64,000 bases of DNA from an uncultured Alphaproteobacteria bacterium. GTDB taxonomy: Bacteria > Pseudomonadota > Alphaproteobacteria > HIMB59 > GCA-002718135. Positions 1-11,461 of the stretch are shown in pieces. Position numbers and translations under genes: made by a program. The notes under the pieces were generated by a model. It was not told the DNA's origin. It saw only the letters and a program-made list of their open reading frames with translations, and searched no databases. Location of the stretch: the NCBI GenBank assembly GCA_902635455.1, contig CACPNW010000001.1, positions 5,214-69,213 of the forward strand, written 5' to 3'. The number at the start of each line of letters is the position of its first letter. Position 1 is the first letter of the stretch.

Positions 1-68
1 TAGGTGCTAAAAATATGTACTCTCTTTCAGGAGGAATTAAGGCTTATTTTGAATTTATTGAAAATTAA
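1..68 (+). CDS. 3' end of an upstream gene, rhodanese-like C-terminus (partial)
   Basis: Frame from nt 3 reads GAKNMYSLSGGIKAYFEFIEN then TAA at 66-68. The tail resembles rhodanese-domain C-termini, but only 21 codons are visible. Confidence 0.3.
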   Translation, partial: GAKNMYSLSGGIKAYFEFIEN

Positions 69-352
69 CAACCTTCAATTATTATACAATTACCTTCAGA
101 GTTTTCTTCTCTTATTTTTTTTATTGGCTCATACTCTTTTGAGTTATACCAATTGATAGCTGCTTCATAATTTTGAAATTTTACAATAACAGTTCTTGAA
201 TAATCCCAATTGCCTTGAAAAACTTTATATTTTCCCGCTCTAACAATATATTCACCTTGAAATCTTTTAACTATAGGTGTTACTTGATCTAAATATTTTT
301 TATAATTTTGTTTATTTGTAACATTGATTTGTACTATTACATATGCACTCAT
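65..352 (-). CDS. DUF1330 domain protein
   Basis: 95-aa ORF whose sequence pattern (YVIVQINV..., VRAG, WYNSKEY) is typical of the small DUF1330 family. Its stop overlaps the convergent upstream stop (TTAA at 65-68). Confidence 0.65.
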   Translation of the reverse strand: MSAYVIVQINVTNKQNYKKYLDQVTPIVKRFQGEYIVRAGKYKVFQGNWDYSRTVIVKFQNYEAAINWYNSKEYEPIKKIREENSEGNCIIIEGC

Positions 353-382
353 TTTTTACTCCTATTTATATATAATAAAAAT

Positions 383-1189
383 TTAAAAATTTAATTTTAA
401 ATCATTTTCTGCTGCTAAGTTTATTATAAATTGCCATGCTGTTCTTCCATTTCTATTTCCTCTTTTTAGTGACCATCTAACTGCATTATCTCTGATTTCA
501 TTATTGAAATTTAATTTGTAAAATTCACAATATGTTTTAATTATATTTAAATATTCATTTTGACTAAAATTATGAAAACCAATCCATAATCCAAATCGAT
601 CACTTAGACTTATTTTCTCTTCAACACTTTCATCTGTATGGATTGCTGATGATCTTTCGTTATCTATCATATCTCTAGGCATTAAGTGTCGTCTATTAGA
701 GGTAATATATAATATAATATTTTTTGGTTGATTTTGAATGCTTCCATCCAAAGTTGATTTAACTATTTTATAATCACTATCTATTTTTTCAAAAGATAAA
801 TCATCAATAAATAATATGAATCTAAATTCAGGAAAATTACTTATTATTTTATAGATTTTTTCAATATCAAAGATATCATTTTTATTTATTTGTATTAATC
901 TTAATTTTACAAAATCATTTTTTAATTTATTAAAAATTGATTTAATAAGAGTACTTTTGCCATTTCCTCTTGAGCCCCACAAAAGAGCATTATTTGTGAA
1001 GTTGCCTTTGGCAAAATTTTTAGTATTTTCAAATAATGTATTTTTTTGTTTGTCTATTGCTACTAATAATTTAAGATCAATAGAATTTATCTCTATAATA
1101 GTATCCAAGATGCTATTTTCAGAATTCCATATAAAAGCAGAATTTTTCAAAATTTGTTTTTTTATTAATAAAGACTGCCAAAAACCCAT
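383..1189 (-). CDS. AAA-type ATPase, DUF815-like
   Basis: 268-aa ORF with Walker A GSRGNGKST and Walker B-like FILFIDDLSF. Overall layout matches the DUF815 ATPase family. Confidence 0.65.
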   Translation of the reverse strand: MGFWQSLLIKKQILKNSAFIWNSENSILDTIIEINSIDLKLLVAIDKQKNTLFENTKNFAKGNFTNNALLWGSRGNGKSTLIKSIFNKLKNDFVKLRLIQINKNDIFDIEKIYKIISNFPEFRFILFIDDLSFEKIDSDYKIVKSTLDGSIQNQPKNIILYITSNRRHLMPRDMIDNERSSAIHTDESVEEKISLSDRFGLWIGFHNFSQNEYLNIIKTYCEFYKLNFNNEIRDNAVRWSLKRGNRNGRTAWQFIINLAAENDLKLNF

Positions 1190-1270
1190 AATTTCCCTTT
1201 TTAACTATAATTGCTTTTTTCTTTTACACAGTATAAGTAATCAAACAAATTAAATAATCATAGGAATTTT

Positions 1271-1621
1271 ATGGAATCTTTAGGCGCTTTTCTTCCTCTT
1301 ATATTAATTTTTGGTGTTTTTTATATTTTACTTATTCGACCCCAGCAAAAAAAAGTTAAGCTTCATAGAGAAATGCTTAATAACCTTAAAAGAGGAGATA
1401 AAATAATTACTTCAGGTGGTATAATCGGAAGAATTAATAAAGTATTTGATAATAGAGAAATTTCTTTGGAAATATCTGAAGGAATAGAGATTAAAATAGC
1501 TCCAGGGATGGTAACTGATCTCTACAACGTATCAAATAAAGAAATTAATAAAGCTACCACTAATAATAAAACTGAAAATAAAAGTGGATTGATATCAGGT
1601 TTATTTGGTAAAAAAAAATAA
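1271..1621 (+). CDS. yajC: preprotein translocase subunit YajC
   Basis: One N-terminal TM followed by RPQQKK and GDKIITSGGIIG motifs. It lies immediately upstream of secD-secF. Confidence 0.9.
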   Translation: MESLGAFLPLILIFGVFYILLIRPQQKKVKLHREMLNNLKRGDKIITSGGIIGRINKVFDNREISLEISEGIEIKIAPGMVTDLYNVSNKEINKATTNNKTENKSGLISGLFGKKK

Positions 1622-3178
1622 TTGTATATGAAAAATTATCCTATCTGGAAAACTTTCATTGTATTAACACTAGTTTGCTTAGGCATAATTTTTGCAATTC
1701 CTTCTTTTGTTTATAAAGAGGATTCAAATAATTGGTTTTTTGAAAATAAAGTTAATTTAGGATTGGATCTTCAAGGTGGTTCTCATATTTTACTTGAAGT
1801 CCAATCTGACGTTTTAATTAAGGAAGAAATTGAAAATTTTATTGATAATATCAGATTAATTGCAAGAGATAACCAATCAAAAATCAATGATATAATTGCA
1901 AATGAAAACACTTTGAATATTAAGTTTGATGATGCTAGTAAAATTGAAGATATAAGAACAGATTTTTTGCAAAATTACAATAATATCAATGTTTTAATTA
2001 ATAATAATGTATTAAAAATTAAAATAACAGACAATTATATAAAAGAAATTCAAGATTCTGCTATTAAGCAATCATTAGAAATTGTTAGAAAAAGAATAGA
2101 TGAATCAGGTACTAAAGAGCCATTAATACAGCGCTCAGGCAAAAACAGAATTTTATTACAACTTCCAGGTATTAAAGATCCTGAAAGAATAAAAGAACTA
2201 TTAGGAAAAACAGCAAAATTAACTTTTCATATGGTTGATGATGAAAATATTTCATCTTTAAAAGCAAATTTAGCTCCCTTTGGTAAAATGATAGTATCTG
2301 ATTTTTATGATCCAGATGTTAAATATTTAGTTGAAAAAAAATCAAGTGTTGGAGGTGAAAATTTAGTTGATGCAAAAGCTTCTTTTGACCCAGAAGAAGG
2401 TCATGCTGTATCTTTTAGATTCGACACAACTGGGGCACAAAAATTTGGAAAAGCTACATCAGAAAATATTGGTAAAAGATTCGCAGTTATACTAGATGGA
2501 GTTGTTATCACTGCTCCAGTTATTAGAAGCGCTATTACAGGTGGTAATGGAATTATATCAGGTAATTTTAATTCTCAAGAATCATCTGATTTAGCCGTAT
2601 TATTGAGAGCTGGTGCATTGCCTGCACCTTTATTAATTGTTGAAGAAAGATCAGTTGGTCCAGGTTTGGGAGCCGACTCTATTCAAGCTGGTAAAATTGC
2701 AGCCATAATTGGAATGATAATAGTGAGCATATTTATGATACTAATTTATGGCGTATTTGGAGTGATAGCTAATATTTCTTTAATAGCGAACATATTTATA
2801 ATAATTTCTTTACTGGGAACCATTGGAGCCACTTTAACTCTTCCTGGTATAGCAGGAATTGTCTTAACTATAGGAATGGCTGTAGATGCTAATGTTCTAA
2901 TTTTCGAGAGAATTAAGGAAGAAAACCATAAAAAAAATAAAATATTTGAAATTGTTAAAAAGGGTTTTGATCGTGCTTTTTCTACAATTCTTGATGCTAA
3001 TATTACAACGTTGATTGCGGCGTTATTATTATTTGTTTTTGGTTCAGGTCCTATCAAAGGTTTTTCTATCACATTGTCATTAGGCGTAATAGCATCAATG
3101 TTTACTGCTTTGATGTTAACTAATTTTTTAGTTTATTTATATTTAACTTTAACTTCTAAAAAAGAAATTAATTTATAA
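1622..3178 (+). CDS. secD: protein translocase subunit SecD
   Basis: 518 aa with an N-terminal TM, a large periplasmic domain (LGLDLQGG) and a C-terminal 5-TM block. The ORF starts at TTG 1622; an ATG at 1628 is also possible. Confidence 0.95.
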   Translation: MYMKNYPIWKTFIVLTLVCLGIIFAIPSFVYKEDSNNWFFENKVNLGLDLQGGSHILLEVQSDVLIKEEIENFIDNIRLIARDNQSKINDIIANENTLNIKFDDASKIEDIRTDFLQNYNNINVLINNNVLKIKITDNYIKEIQDSAIKQSLEIVRKRIDESGTKEPLIQRSGKNRILLQLPGIKDPERIKELLGKTAKLTFHMVDDENISSLKANLAPFGKMIVSDFYDPDVKYLVEKKSSVGGENLVDAKASFDPEEGHAVSFRFDTTGAQKFGKATSENIGKRFAVILDGVVITAPVIRSAITGGNGIISGNFNSQESSDLAVLLRAGALPAPLLIVEERSVGPGLGADSIQAGKIAAIIGMIIVSIFMILIYGVFGVIANISLIANIFIIISLLGTIGATLTLPGIAGIVLTIGMAVDANVLIFERIKEENHKKNKIFEIVKKGFDRAFSTILDANITTLIAALLLFVFGSGPIKGFSITLSLGVIASMFTALMLTNFLVYLYLTLTSKKEINL

Positions 3179-4077
3179 TGTTTGGCTTAAATAAAATAAT
3201 TCCAACAAACTCAAATTATAATTTTTTAATTTTGAGAAGAAATTTTTTAATTCTTTCTATAGTTTTTATTATTTTTTCAATTTTTTTAATATTTTTTAAA
3301 GGTTTAAATTTTGGAATTGATTTTAAAGGAGGAACACTTATTGAAATCCATACTCATGATAATGTTTCTATTGGTGAGTTAAGAAATATTTTGTCACCAA
3401 ACTTTAATGATTTATCTTTACAAGAATTTGGAGATAAAAATACGATTATTATAAGATTACAAAATATTAATAATCAAGAAAGTATAGAAACAATTAATAT
3501 TGTTAAAAACTTAATAAATGAAAAGGTAATTGAGTTTAGAAGATCTGAATTTGTAGGGCCTACAATTAGTTCTGAATTACTTTGGAAAGGCTTTCAGGCG
3601 GTTTCTTTTTCATTACTAGCTATCCTAATTTATATATGGCTTAGATTTGAATGGCAGTTTGGTTTTGGTGCAGTAGTAGCTTTGACTCATGATGTTATTT
3701 TTACATTAGGAATATTAGCTATTTTTAATGTTGAATTTTCATTATCTACAATTGCCGCAATTTTAACTATTGCAGGCTACTCTATTAACGATACGGTCGT
3801 TATTTTTGATCGTGTTAGGGAAAATTTAAGAAAATATAAAAAAATGGAACTAGTTGATCTTTTTAATTTTTCTATTAATAATACATTATCAAGAACTATA
3901 ATGACTAGTTTAACGACCTTATTAGCTTTATTTTCTTTATTTATCTTTGGTGGAGAAGTTATAAAGCCTTTTGCATTAACTATGATTGTAGGTGTTTTTA
4001 TTGGAACCTATTCTTCTGTTTTTATTGCGGTCCCAACTTTATTAATTTTTAAGTTTAGACCGCAAGATGATGATTAA
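3178..4077 (+). CDS. secF: protein translocase subunit SecF
   Basis: 299 aa with a GIDFKGGT motif and a C-terminal multi-TM block. Its start overlaps the secD stop (TAATG). Confidence 0.95.
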   Translation: MFGLNKIIPTNSNYNFLILRRNFLILSIVFIIFSIFLIFFKGLNFGIDFKGGTLIEIHTHDNVSIGELRNILSPNFNDLSLQEFGDKNTIIIRLQNINNQESIETINIVKNLINEKVIEFRRSEFVGPTISSELLWKGFQAVSFSLLAILIYIWLRFEWQFGFGAVVALTHDVIFTLGILAIFNVEFSLSTIAAILTIAGYSINDTVVIFDRVRENLRKYKKMELVDLFNFSINNTLSRTIMTSLTTLLALFSLFIFGGEVIKPFALTMIVGVFIGTYSSVFIAVPTLLIFKFRPQDDD

Positions 4078-4670
4078 GAATTATTCAAGTTTTCTGTAAC
4101 TTTTTCCCAGTTTACTAAATTATCTATAAAAGCTTTTAAATAATCTGGTCTTCTATTTCGATAATCAACATAGTATGAATGTTCCCATACATCACAACCA
4201 AGCAAAGGTTTATGTCCATGAACAATTGGATTTTCTGCATTTGGAGTTTTTGTGATTTCTAATTTTCCTTTATTTAAAACAATCCAACACCATCCAGAAC
4301 CAAATTGACCTATTCCTGCATTAATAAAAGCTTCTTTCATATTTTCAACTGATCCTAAGTCTTCATTAATTTTATTTTCTAATTCTGATGGTATTTTTCC
4401 ATTTGGATTATTTTTCATTACATCCCAAAAATGCATATGGTTTAAATGTTGAGAAACATTATTAAAAACTGGTGCATTATTATTATAAGAATTTTTTACA
4501 ATCTCTTCTACAGAATCTTCATTAAAATTATTTTCTTTAATAAATTTATTACCATTAGTTACATATGCCATATGGTGCTTATCATGATGTAATTCTAAAG
4601 TTTCAGCAGACATATAAGGTGCAAGTGCATCTTTACTATATGGTAAATCAGGTAATTCTAAATTTATCAT
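4074..4670 (-). CDS. sodB: Fe/Mn superoxide dismutase
   Basis: LPDLPY N-terminus, HHDKHH metal ligands, FGSGWCW and DVWEHSYY motifs. Confidence 0.93.
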   Translation of the reverse strand: MINLELPDLPYSKDALAPYMSAETLELHHDKHHMAYVTNGNKFIKENNFNEDSVEEIVKNSYNNNAPVFNNVSQHLNHMHFWDVMKNNPNGKIPSELENKINEDLGSVENMKEAFINAGIGQFGSGWCWIVLNKGKLEITKTPNAENPIVHGHKPLLGCDVWEHSYYVDYRNRRPDYLKAFIDNLVNWEKVTENLNNS

Positions 4671-4685
4671 TTCTTAATCCTTTAT

Positions 4686-7490
4686 TTATAAAATATGTTT
4701 TAGAAAACTACCTGTAAAGCTTTTTTTAACATTTGCAATATCTTCAGGCGTACCCTTTCCAATAATTTGACCACCTTTTATGCCACCTAATGGGCCTAAA
4801 TCTATAATATAATCAGCTGTTTTAATTACATCTAAGTTATGCTCGATAACAATAACTGTATTTCCTTCATCAACGAGCGTATGTAAAATTTTTAATAACT
4901 TGTTTACATCATCAAAATGCAAACCAGTTGTAGGTTCATCCAAAATGTATAAAGTTTTTCCAGTTGATCTTTTGGATAATTCTTTTGAAAGCTTTATTCT
5001 TTGAGCTTCCCCACCAGATAGCGTGGTAGCTGATTGTCCAATCTTAATATAATTTAATCCAACTTCCATTAATGTTTTAAGTTTTTGTTTAATTGAAGGT
5101 ATTTTAGAAAAAAAATCATAACCTTCCTCAACAGTCATATCTAAAATATCTGCTATCGATTTGTTATTATATTTAACTTCAAGTGTTTCTCTGTTGTAAC
5201 GTTTGCCCTTACAGATATCACATTCAACATAAACATCTGCGAGAAAATGCATTTCTATTTTCTTAACACCATCTCCTTCACATGACTCGCATCTACCACC
5301 TTTAACATTAAAAGAAAATCTTCCAGGCTTGTATCCACGGGCAGAAGATTCATTAAGTCCTGCATACCAATCCCTAATAGGTGTAAAGCAACCTGTATAT
5401 GTCGCTGGATTGGATCTTGGAGTTCTTCCAATAGGAGATTGGTCAATATCAATTACTTTATCTATATTTTTTATACCTTTAAAATTGAAATAACCTTCTT
5501 CTTTATTTAAAGATTTATTAAAATATTCATCTAATCTTTTATAAAGTGTATCAATAACTAGTGATGACTTTCCACTTCCTGAAACACCAGTTACACAAAT
5601 AAAATTTCCTAATGGAAATTTAACTTCTAAATTATTAAGATTATTAGTTTTAATGTTCTGCAGAGTGAAAATTTTATTTTTATTAAATTTTCTTCTTTCT
5701 TTTGGTATTTCTACTTGTTTATTCTTATTCAAATATTGAACAGTTAAACTTTTATTATTTTTTAATATTTTTTTTAAGTTGCCCTCAGCAATTACTTCTC
5801 CTCCATGAATTCCAGCTCTTACACCTATATCTATAATATGATCAGCTCGTTTAATTGCGTCTTCATCATGTTCTACTACAATAACTGTATTACCTAAATC
5901 TCTCAGTTTAAATAAGGTGTTTATTAGTTGTTGATTATCTTTTTGATGTAATCCTATTGAAGGTTCATCCAGGACATATAAAACACCAGTTAAACCCGAT
6001 CCAATTTGACTAGCTAGTCGAATTCTTTGACTTTCTCCACCTGATAAACTTTTACTAGCTCTTGCTAGTGAGAGATAATCAAGACCAACTCTATTTAGAA
6101 ATTCTAATCTATCTTTTATTTCTTTTATAACTCCTTCTGCAATTTTATTTTCATTTGAAGATAGGTTTTTGTTTAATTTGTTAAACCAATCAAAACAATC
6201 ATCAATAGATTTTTTTGTTATTTCACCAATATGATTCCCTGCAATTTTAACCGCTAAAGCTTTTTTGTTTAATCTAAATCCATTGCAAACTTCACAGTCT
6301 CTTTCTGATAAATACTTTTCTAATTCATATTGTACCCACCATCTTTCTGTTTCTGAATATTTTCTATCAATAAAATTTATTATACCTTCAAAATTGCTTA
6401 TAAAATCGTGCTTATTATTTTCATCACCATGAAGGATTATATTTTGAATATTTTTTGGTATTTTATACCAAGGTGTTTTTACATCTATTTTGTATTCTTT
6501 TAAAATTTTGGAAATTGTTTCAACAAAAAATTTTTTTTGATATCCAAATACTTTAGTTTCCCATGGTTTTATTGCACCTTTTAAAATTGACCTTGAATCA
6601 TCCGGTACAATTTTTTTATCATCAAAATATTTTTCAACACCAATACCATCACATTCATCACATGCCCCCATTGGAGCATTAAAACTGAATAGTCTTGGTT
6701 CAATTTCTTCAATCGAAAATCCAGAAATTGGGCATGCAAACTTAGAAGAATAAGTTGTCAATTTTTCAGTGTCTAAATTTTCTAAATAAACTAAACCATC
6801 TGAAAGCGAAAGTGCAACCTCAACACTTTCTGCTAATCTTTGTTTAATGTTATTTTTAATTACTAACCTATCAATTAATACTTCTATGTTATGTTTAAAG
6901 TTTTTCTTTAATTTAGGTACTTCATTAATTTCATAAACATTTCCATCAATTTTTAATCTTTGGTAACCTTTTTTTTTTAAATCTTCTATTTCTTTTCTAT
7001 ATTCACCTTTTCTATCCCTAACAATTGGTGAAAGTATGTAAGCTTTGTTATTTTTATTTTTATTAACAATATTATCACATATCTCGCTAACTGATTGTGA
7101 TTTAATTGGCAAACCTGTTACTGGAGAATAGGGGGTTCCAACTCTGGCAAACAAAACTCTTAAGTAATCATATATCTCTGTAACAGTACCTACAGTACTT
7201 CTAGGGTTTTTTTGAGTTGTTTTTTGCTCTATTGATATAGCAGGTGATAATCCTTCTATACTATCTACATCAGGTTTATTCATCATTTGTAAAAACTGTC
7301 TTGCGTATGCAGATAAACTCTCAACATATTTTCTTTGGCCTTCAGAGTATATTGTATCAAATGCGAGGGTTGATTTTCCTGAACCACTGACACCAGTTAT
7401 GACTATTAGCTTATTTTTAGGTATTTCTACGTTTATATTTTTTAAATTATGTTCCCTAGCACCTTTTATAACAATTTTATCTTGATTCAT
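4686..7490 (-). CDS. uvrA: excinuclease ABC subunit A
   Basis: 934 aa with two ABC ATPase modules (GVSGSGKST and GVSGSGKSS), LSGGE signatures and zinc-finger Cys clusters. Confidence 0.97.
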   Translation of the reverse strand: MNQDKIVIKGAREHNLKNINVEIPKNKLIVITGVSGSGKSTLAFDTIYSEGQRKYVESLSAYARQFLQMMNKPDVDSIEGLSPAISIEQKTTQKNPRSTVGTVTEIYDYLRVLFARVGTPYSPVTGLPIKSQSVSEICDNIVNKNKNNKAYILSPIVRDRKGEYRKEIEDLKKKGYQRLKIDGNVYEINEVPKLKKNFKHNIEVLIDRLVIKNNIKQRLAESVEVALSLSDGLVYLENLDTEKLTTYSSKFACPISGFSIEEIEPRLFSFNAPMGACDECDGIGVEKYFDDKKIVPDDSRSILKGAIKPWETKVFGYQKKFFVETISKILKEYKIDVKTPWYKIPKNIQNIILHGDENNKHDFISNFEGIINFIDRKYSETERWWVQYELEKYLSERDCEVCNGFRLNKKALAVKIAGNHIGEITKKSIDDCFDWFNKLNKNLSSNENKIAEGVIKEIKDRLEFLNRVGLDYLSLARASKSLSGGESQRIRLASQIGSGLTGVLYVLDEPSIGLHQKDNQQLINTLFKLRDLGNTVIVVEHDEDAIKRADHIIDIGVRAGIHGGEVIAEGNLKKILKNNKSLTVQYLNKNKQVEIPKERRKFNKNKIFTLQNIKTNNLNNLEVKFPLGNFICVTGVSGSGKSSLVIDTLYKRLDEYFNKSLNKEEGYFNFKGIKNIDKVIDIDQSPIGRTPRSNPATYTGCFTPIRDWYAGLNESSARGYKPGRFSFNVKGGRCESCEGDGVKKIEMHFLADVYVECDICKGKRYNRETLEVKYNNKSIADILDMTVEEGYDFFSKIPSIKQKLKTLMEVGLNYIKIGQSATTLSGGEAQRIKLSKELSKRSTGKTLYILDEPTTGLHFDDVNKLLKILHTLVDEGNTVIVIEHNLDVIKTADYIIDLGPLGGIKGGQIIGKGTPEDIANVKKSFTGSFLKHIL

Positions 7491-7547
7491 TGATTTTACT
7501 ATTAGTGAATTATTGTTTTTTGTTATAAAGATATATACACAAAATAT

Positions 7548-8021
7548 ATGGTTGGTAGTGTTAATAAAGTTATTTTGTTGGGCAATCTAGGTCGAGATCC
7601 AGATATTAGAACAATGCAATCTGGAAGTAAGATGGCATCATTTTCAATTGCAACATCAAAAAGATGGAAAGATAAATCTACCCAAGAAACAAAAGAAAAA
7701 ACTTCCTGGCATAATATTGTTATTTTCGGAGAAGGACTTGTAGATATTGTAGAGAAATATGTAAAAAAAGGATCTAAAATATATGTTGAAGGCGAGCTTC
7801 AGACTCGTAAATGGCAAGATCAGGACGGTAATGACAAGTATACAACAGAGGTTGTGTTACAAGGTTATAACTCTAATTTAACCCTTCTAGATTCAAGAAA
7901 TAATACCCAGCAGCAACAAGTAGAAAATCAATCTGATATGGGTAACGATCAGCAAATTGAAAATAATAGTTCATCTCAATCTAGTGATTCTGACGATTCC
8001 GACGAAGATATACCTTTTTAA
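7548..8021 (+). CDS. ssb: single-stranded DNA-binding protein
   Basis: OB-fold N-terminus (NKVILLGNLGRDPD), a Q/N/S-rich linker and the acidic tail DEDIPF. It is divergent from uvrA. Confidence 0.95.
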   Translation: MVGSVNKVILLGNLGRDPDIRTMQSGSKMASFSIATSKRWKDKSTQETKEKTSWHNIVIFGEGLVDIVEKYVKKGSKIYVEGELQTRKWQDQDGNDKYTTEVVLQGYNSNLTLLDSRNNTQQQQVENQSDMGNDQQIENNSSSQSSDSDDSDEDIPF

Positions 8022-8162
8022 TATTTAACTTTAATTTACATCTTTAAATACATGAAATATATAATTTTTAATTTTAAATCACATGTCTATAATCAATTGT
8101 TTGAAAGCTATTACTTTGATATAGATGATATTTATTTTACCCATAAAAACTAGGAATTTTAA

Positions 8163-10832
8163 TTGTCTGACAATACCTCTAAGCCTGAATTAAGTAAAAA
8201 TTTAGATAAAATTTCAAATGTTTCTCTAGTTGAGGAAATGAAGAAATCTTATTTGGATTATGCAATGTCTGTAATAGTTTCAAGAGCTTTGCCAGACTGC
8301 AGAGATGGCTTAAAACCAGTTCATAGACGAATTTTATATGCGATGAATGAGTCTGGCTATAGCTTCAACAAACCTTTTAAAAAATCAGCTAGAATAGTTG
8401 GTGATGTTATGGGTAAATATCATCCTCATGGAGACTCAGCTATTTATCAGTCAATGGTTAGAATGGCTCAAGAATTTTCTATGAGACTTGAATTAATTGA
8501 AGGGCAGGGTAACTTTGGATCACTTGACGGAGATCCACCTGCAGCCATGCGTTATACTGAGGCACGTTTAGCAAAGATTGCAGAAAAACTAGTTTCTGAT
8601 TTAGAAAAAGAAACTATTTTTTTTCAAGCAAATTATGATGATACAACAAAAGAACCTACAGTTTTACCTGCGCAGTTTCCAAATTTACTTGTTAATGGTG
8701 CTTCTGGTATTGCAGTAGGTATGGCTACAAATATAGCGCCACATAATTTGGGTGAAGTTATCGATGCAACACTTTATTGTATTGATAATCCTGATTGTAA
8801 TATTGATGACTTAGAAAAATATATTTTGGGCCCAGATTTTCCAACGGGTGGATTGATAATAGGTAAAAAAGGGCTGAGTGAAGCTTTTAAAACAGGAAAA
8901 GGCGCGTGTGTAATTAGATCCAAAACTTCCATTGAGAATTTTAAAAAGGATCGAGAGGCAATTATTATACATGAAATACCTTATCAAGTTAACAAAGCTA
9001 AACTAATAGAGAAGATTGCTGAATCAGTAAAAAACAATATTATAGAAGGTATATCTGATTTAAGAGATGAATCCGATCGTAAGGGAATAAGAGTAGTAAT
9101 TGAACTTAAAAAAGACGTTGATCATAATATTGTATTGAATCAATTATACAAACATACATTTCTTCAAACTACATTTAATTCTAACATCTTAGCTTTAAAC
9201 AAAGGAAAGCCAGAGCAAATGAATCTAAAAGATATTTTGATATCTTTTATAGATTTTAGAGAAGAAATTATAACAAAAAGAACAATCTATGACCTTAATA
9301 AAGCAAGAGAAAAGGCTCATATTTTGATTGGCTTAGTTGTTTCAAACGATAACATAGATGAAATAATAGAAATAATAAAAAAATCTAAAGACTCAAAAGA
9401 AGCTAAATCAAAACTTGTTAGTAAAAAATGGAAAATTACTGAATTAAATTCAAATTTAATTAAGTTAGTGGATGATCAGGAATCACAACTTAAAAATAAT
9501 ATTTATATTTTTTCAGATATTCAAGCTAAAGCTATTTTAGAATTACGATTACATCGCTTAACTTCTTTAGAAAGAGATGACATAAAAAAAGATCTAGAAA
9601 ATATAATATTAGAAATAACTAAATATTTAGATATTATTAATTCTAGATCTATTTTGTTAAATGAAATTAAAAAAGAGTTGAAAGAAATAAAAAAAGATTA
9701 TTCTACTCCAAGAAAAAGTGAAATTATAGATAAAGAATATGAGCAAATTGATGAACTCAAATATATACAACAAGAAAATATTGTAATTACTATTTCAAAT
9801 AATGGATATATTAAAAGATCTATTCTTGAAAATTATAGAGCACAAAATAGAGGTGGTAAGGGAAAAACGGGCATGTCTACAAGAGAAGAAGATTTTGTTA
9901 AAGAGATCCATTTAGCTGATACTCATACAAAATTATTAGTTTTTTCATCGTTAGGAAAAGTTTATGCCTTACGTGCACATGATATTCCAGAAGCTAGCTT
10001 AAAAGCAAGAGGAAAGCCAATCGTAAATTTGATTCCTTTTAAATCTAATGAGAAGATTGCAACTTTTTTGCCACTACCAATTGATGAAAATAATTGGGAA
10101 GAATATTATGTTATATTTGTCACCAAAAAGGGAATGGTTAAAAAAAATAGATTAATTGATGTAGCAAAAAGTGGAAATAGAGACTTAAGAGAGTCAGGTA
10201 AATTAAGTATAAAATTAGATGCAAAAGATGAATTGGTTAGTATTAAATTAGCAACTAAATCTGATGATGTTTTAATGTCCACCTATGATGGAAAGTGTCT
10301 TAGATTTCCAATAGATAAACTAAGACTTTTTTCAGGATTAAATTCCTCAGGTGTTAAGGGAATTAATCTTGATAAAAATAATTTTGTCATATCTCAAGCA
10401 ATTTTAAAACATTCACTAATCGATATGGCTATTAGGCAAGATTATTTAAAATCATCTGCAAATAACAGAAAAAATTTAAGTGCCCTTAAAGATGAGTTTG
10501 AAGAATTAAACAAAAATGAAGAGTTTTTACTAGCTGTAACTAATAGAGGTTATGGTAAAAGATCTTCAGCATATGAATACAGAATATCTAATAGAGGAGG
10601 TAAAGGTATCACTGGTATTGTAACTTCTGAAAAAAATGGCAATGTAATTGATTGTTTTGTTGTAAAAAATGATGATCAGATAATTTTAGTTACTGATAAA
10701 GGTCAAATAATTAGAGTAAATGTAAATCAGATTAGAATAGCTGGAAGATCAACTAAAGGAGTCAGTATATTTAATATTCCTGAAACAGATAAAATTGTTT
10801 CAGTATCAAGAATACAGGATATAAGCAATTAA
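8163..10832 (+). CDS. gyrA: DNA gyrase subunit A
   Basis: 889 aa with a TTG start, the active-site region [10 protein letters not shown] and C-terminal beta-pinwheel repeats. Confidence 0.97.
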   Translation: MSDNTSKPELSKNLDKISNVSLVEEMKKSYLDYAMSVIVSRALPDCRDGLKPVHRRILYAMNESGYSFNKPFKKSARIVGDVMGKYHPHGDSAIYQSMVRMAQEFSMRLELIEGQGNFGSLDGDPPAAMRYTEARLAKIAEKLVSDLEKETIFFQANYDDTTKEPTVLPAQFPNLLVNGASGIAVGMATNIAPHNLGEVIDATLYCIDNPDCNIDDLEKYILGPDFPTGGLIIGKKGLSEAFKTGKGACVIRSKTSIENFKKDREAIIIHEIPYQVNKAKLIEKIAESVKNNIIEGISDLRDESDRKGIRVVIELKKDVDHNIVLNQLYKHTFLQTTFNSNILALNKGKPEQMNLKDILISFIDFREEIITKRTIYDLNKAREKAHILIGLVVSNDNIDEIIEIIKKSKDSKEAKSKLVSKKWKITELNSNLIKLVDDQESQLKNNIYIFSDIQAKAILELRLHRLTSLERDDIKKDLENIILEITKYLDIINSRSILLNEIKKELKEIKKDYSTPRKSEIIDKEYEQIDELKYIQQENIVITISNNGYIKRSILENYRAQNRGGKGKTGMSTREEDFVKEIHLADTHTKLLVFSSLGKVYALRAHDIPEASLKARGKPIVNLIPFKSNEKIATFLPLPIDENNWEEYYVIFVTKKGMVKKNRLIDVAKSGNRDLRESGKLSIKLDAKDELVSIKLATKSDDVLMSTYDGKCLRFPIDKLRLFSGLNSSGVKGINLDKNNFVISQAILKHSLIDMAIRQDYLKSSANNRKNLSALKDEFEELNKNEEFLLAVTNRGYGKRSSAYEYRISNRGGKGITGIVTSEKNGNVIDCFVVKNDDQIILVTDKGQIIRVNVNQIRIAGRSTKGVSIFNIPETDKIVSVSRIQDISN

Positions 10833-10833
10833 T

Positions 10834-11325
10834 ATGATTAAAACAGGAATTTATCCAGGAACGTTTGATCCTTTAACTAATGGACATTTGGATATAGTTA
10901 AAAGATCCTTAAAAATAATTGATAAATTAATTATTGCTGTTGCAGATAATAATAATAAAGTCCCATTACTTTCAATAGATGAAAGAAAGCAAATAATACA
11001 AAATGATTTAGAAGAAAATAATATCCAATCTTCAAATATTGAAATCCAATCTGTTAAAGGATTGTTAACTGAATTTGCAAAATCTTATAACGCTACTTGT
11101 ATCATAAAAGGGTTAAGAGCAGTTTCTGATTTTGAATACGAATTTCAGATGGCTGGAATGAATTATCAATTAAATCCAAATATTGAAACAATTTTTCTTA
11201 TGTCTTCAGATAAAAATTCTTTTATATCATCAAAGCTTGTAAAAGAAGTTCATAAATTAGGAGGTGATATTTCTAGTTTTGTGAGTACTTACACTATTAA
11301 GGTTTTAAATAATAAAATTAGTTAA
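10834..11325 (+). CDS. coaD: phosphopantetheine adenylyltransferase
   Basis: 163 aa with the GTFDPLTNGH nucleotidyltransferase motif. It starts 1 nt after the gyrA stop. Confidence 0.93.
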   Translation: MIKTGIYPGTFDPLTNGHLDIVKRSLKIIDKLIIAVADNNNKVPLLSIDERKQIIQNDLEENNIQSSNIEIQSVKGLLTEFAKSYNATCIIKGLRAVSDFEYEFQMAGMNYQLNPNIETIFLMSSDKNSFISSKLVKEVHKLGGDISSFVSTYTIKVLNNKIS

Positions 11326-11376
11326 AGATAATTACTTGCTTTGATAATATTTGAACTATATATAATTTCAGCGAAT

Positions 11377-11452
<76 letters not shown>

Positions 11453-11461
11453 TTCTTTGAA

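Noticed and set aside
957-1253. 98-aa plus-strand ORF
   Set aside because: It is antisense to the well-supported DUF815 ATPase gene, has a low-complexity F/L/I/N-rich product, and is the kind of shadow ORF expected in AT-rich DNA.
2746-3072. 108-aa minus-strand ORF inside secD
   Set aside because: It lies opposite the conserved SecD C-terminal TM block and has no motif, so it is a shadow ORF.
5255-5452. 65-aa minus-strand ORF within uvrA
   Set aside because: It is an alternative frame of uvrA on the same strand, and uvrA is continuous and conserved across it.
7491-7547. Possible SOS (LexA) box in the divergent uvrA-ssb promoter region
   Set aside because: I looked for the alphaproteobacterial GTTC-N7-GTTC direct repeat and for CTGT-N8-ACAG-type palindromes. 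Neither is present, only T-rich runs (TTGTTTTTTGTT).
8052-8153. 33-codon ORF in the ssb-gyrA spacer
   Set aside because: It has no SD, no hydrophobic or otherwise distinctive character, and no structure or conservation evidence available. It is most likely chance in the promoter/leader region of gyrA.
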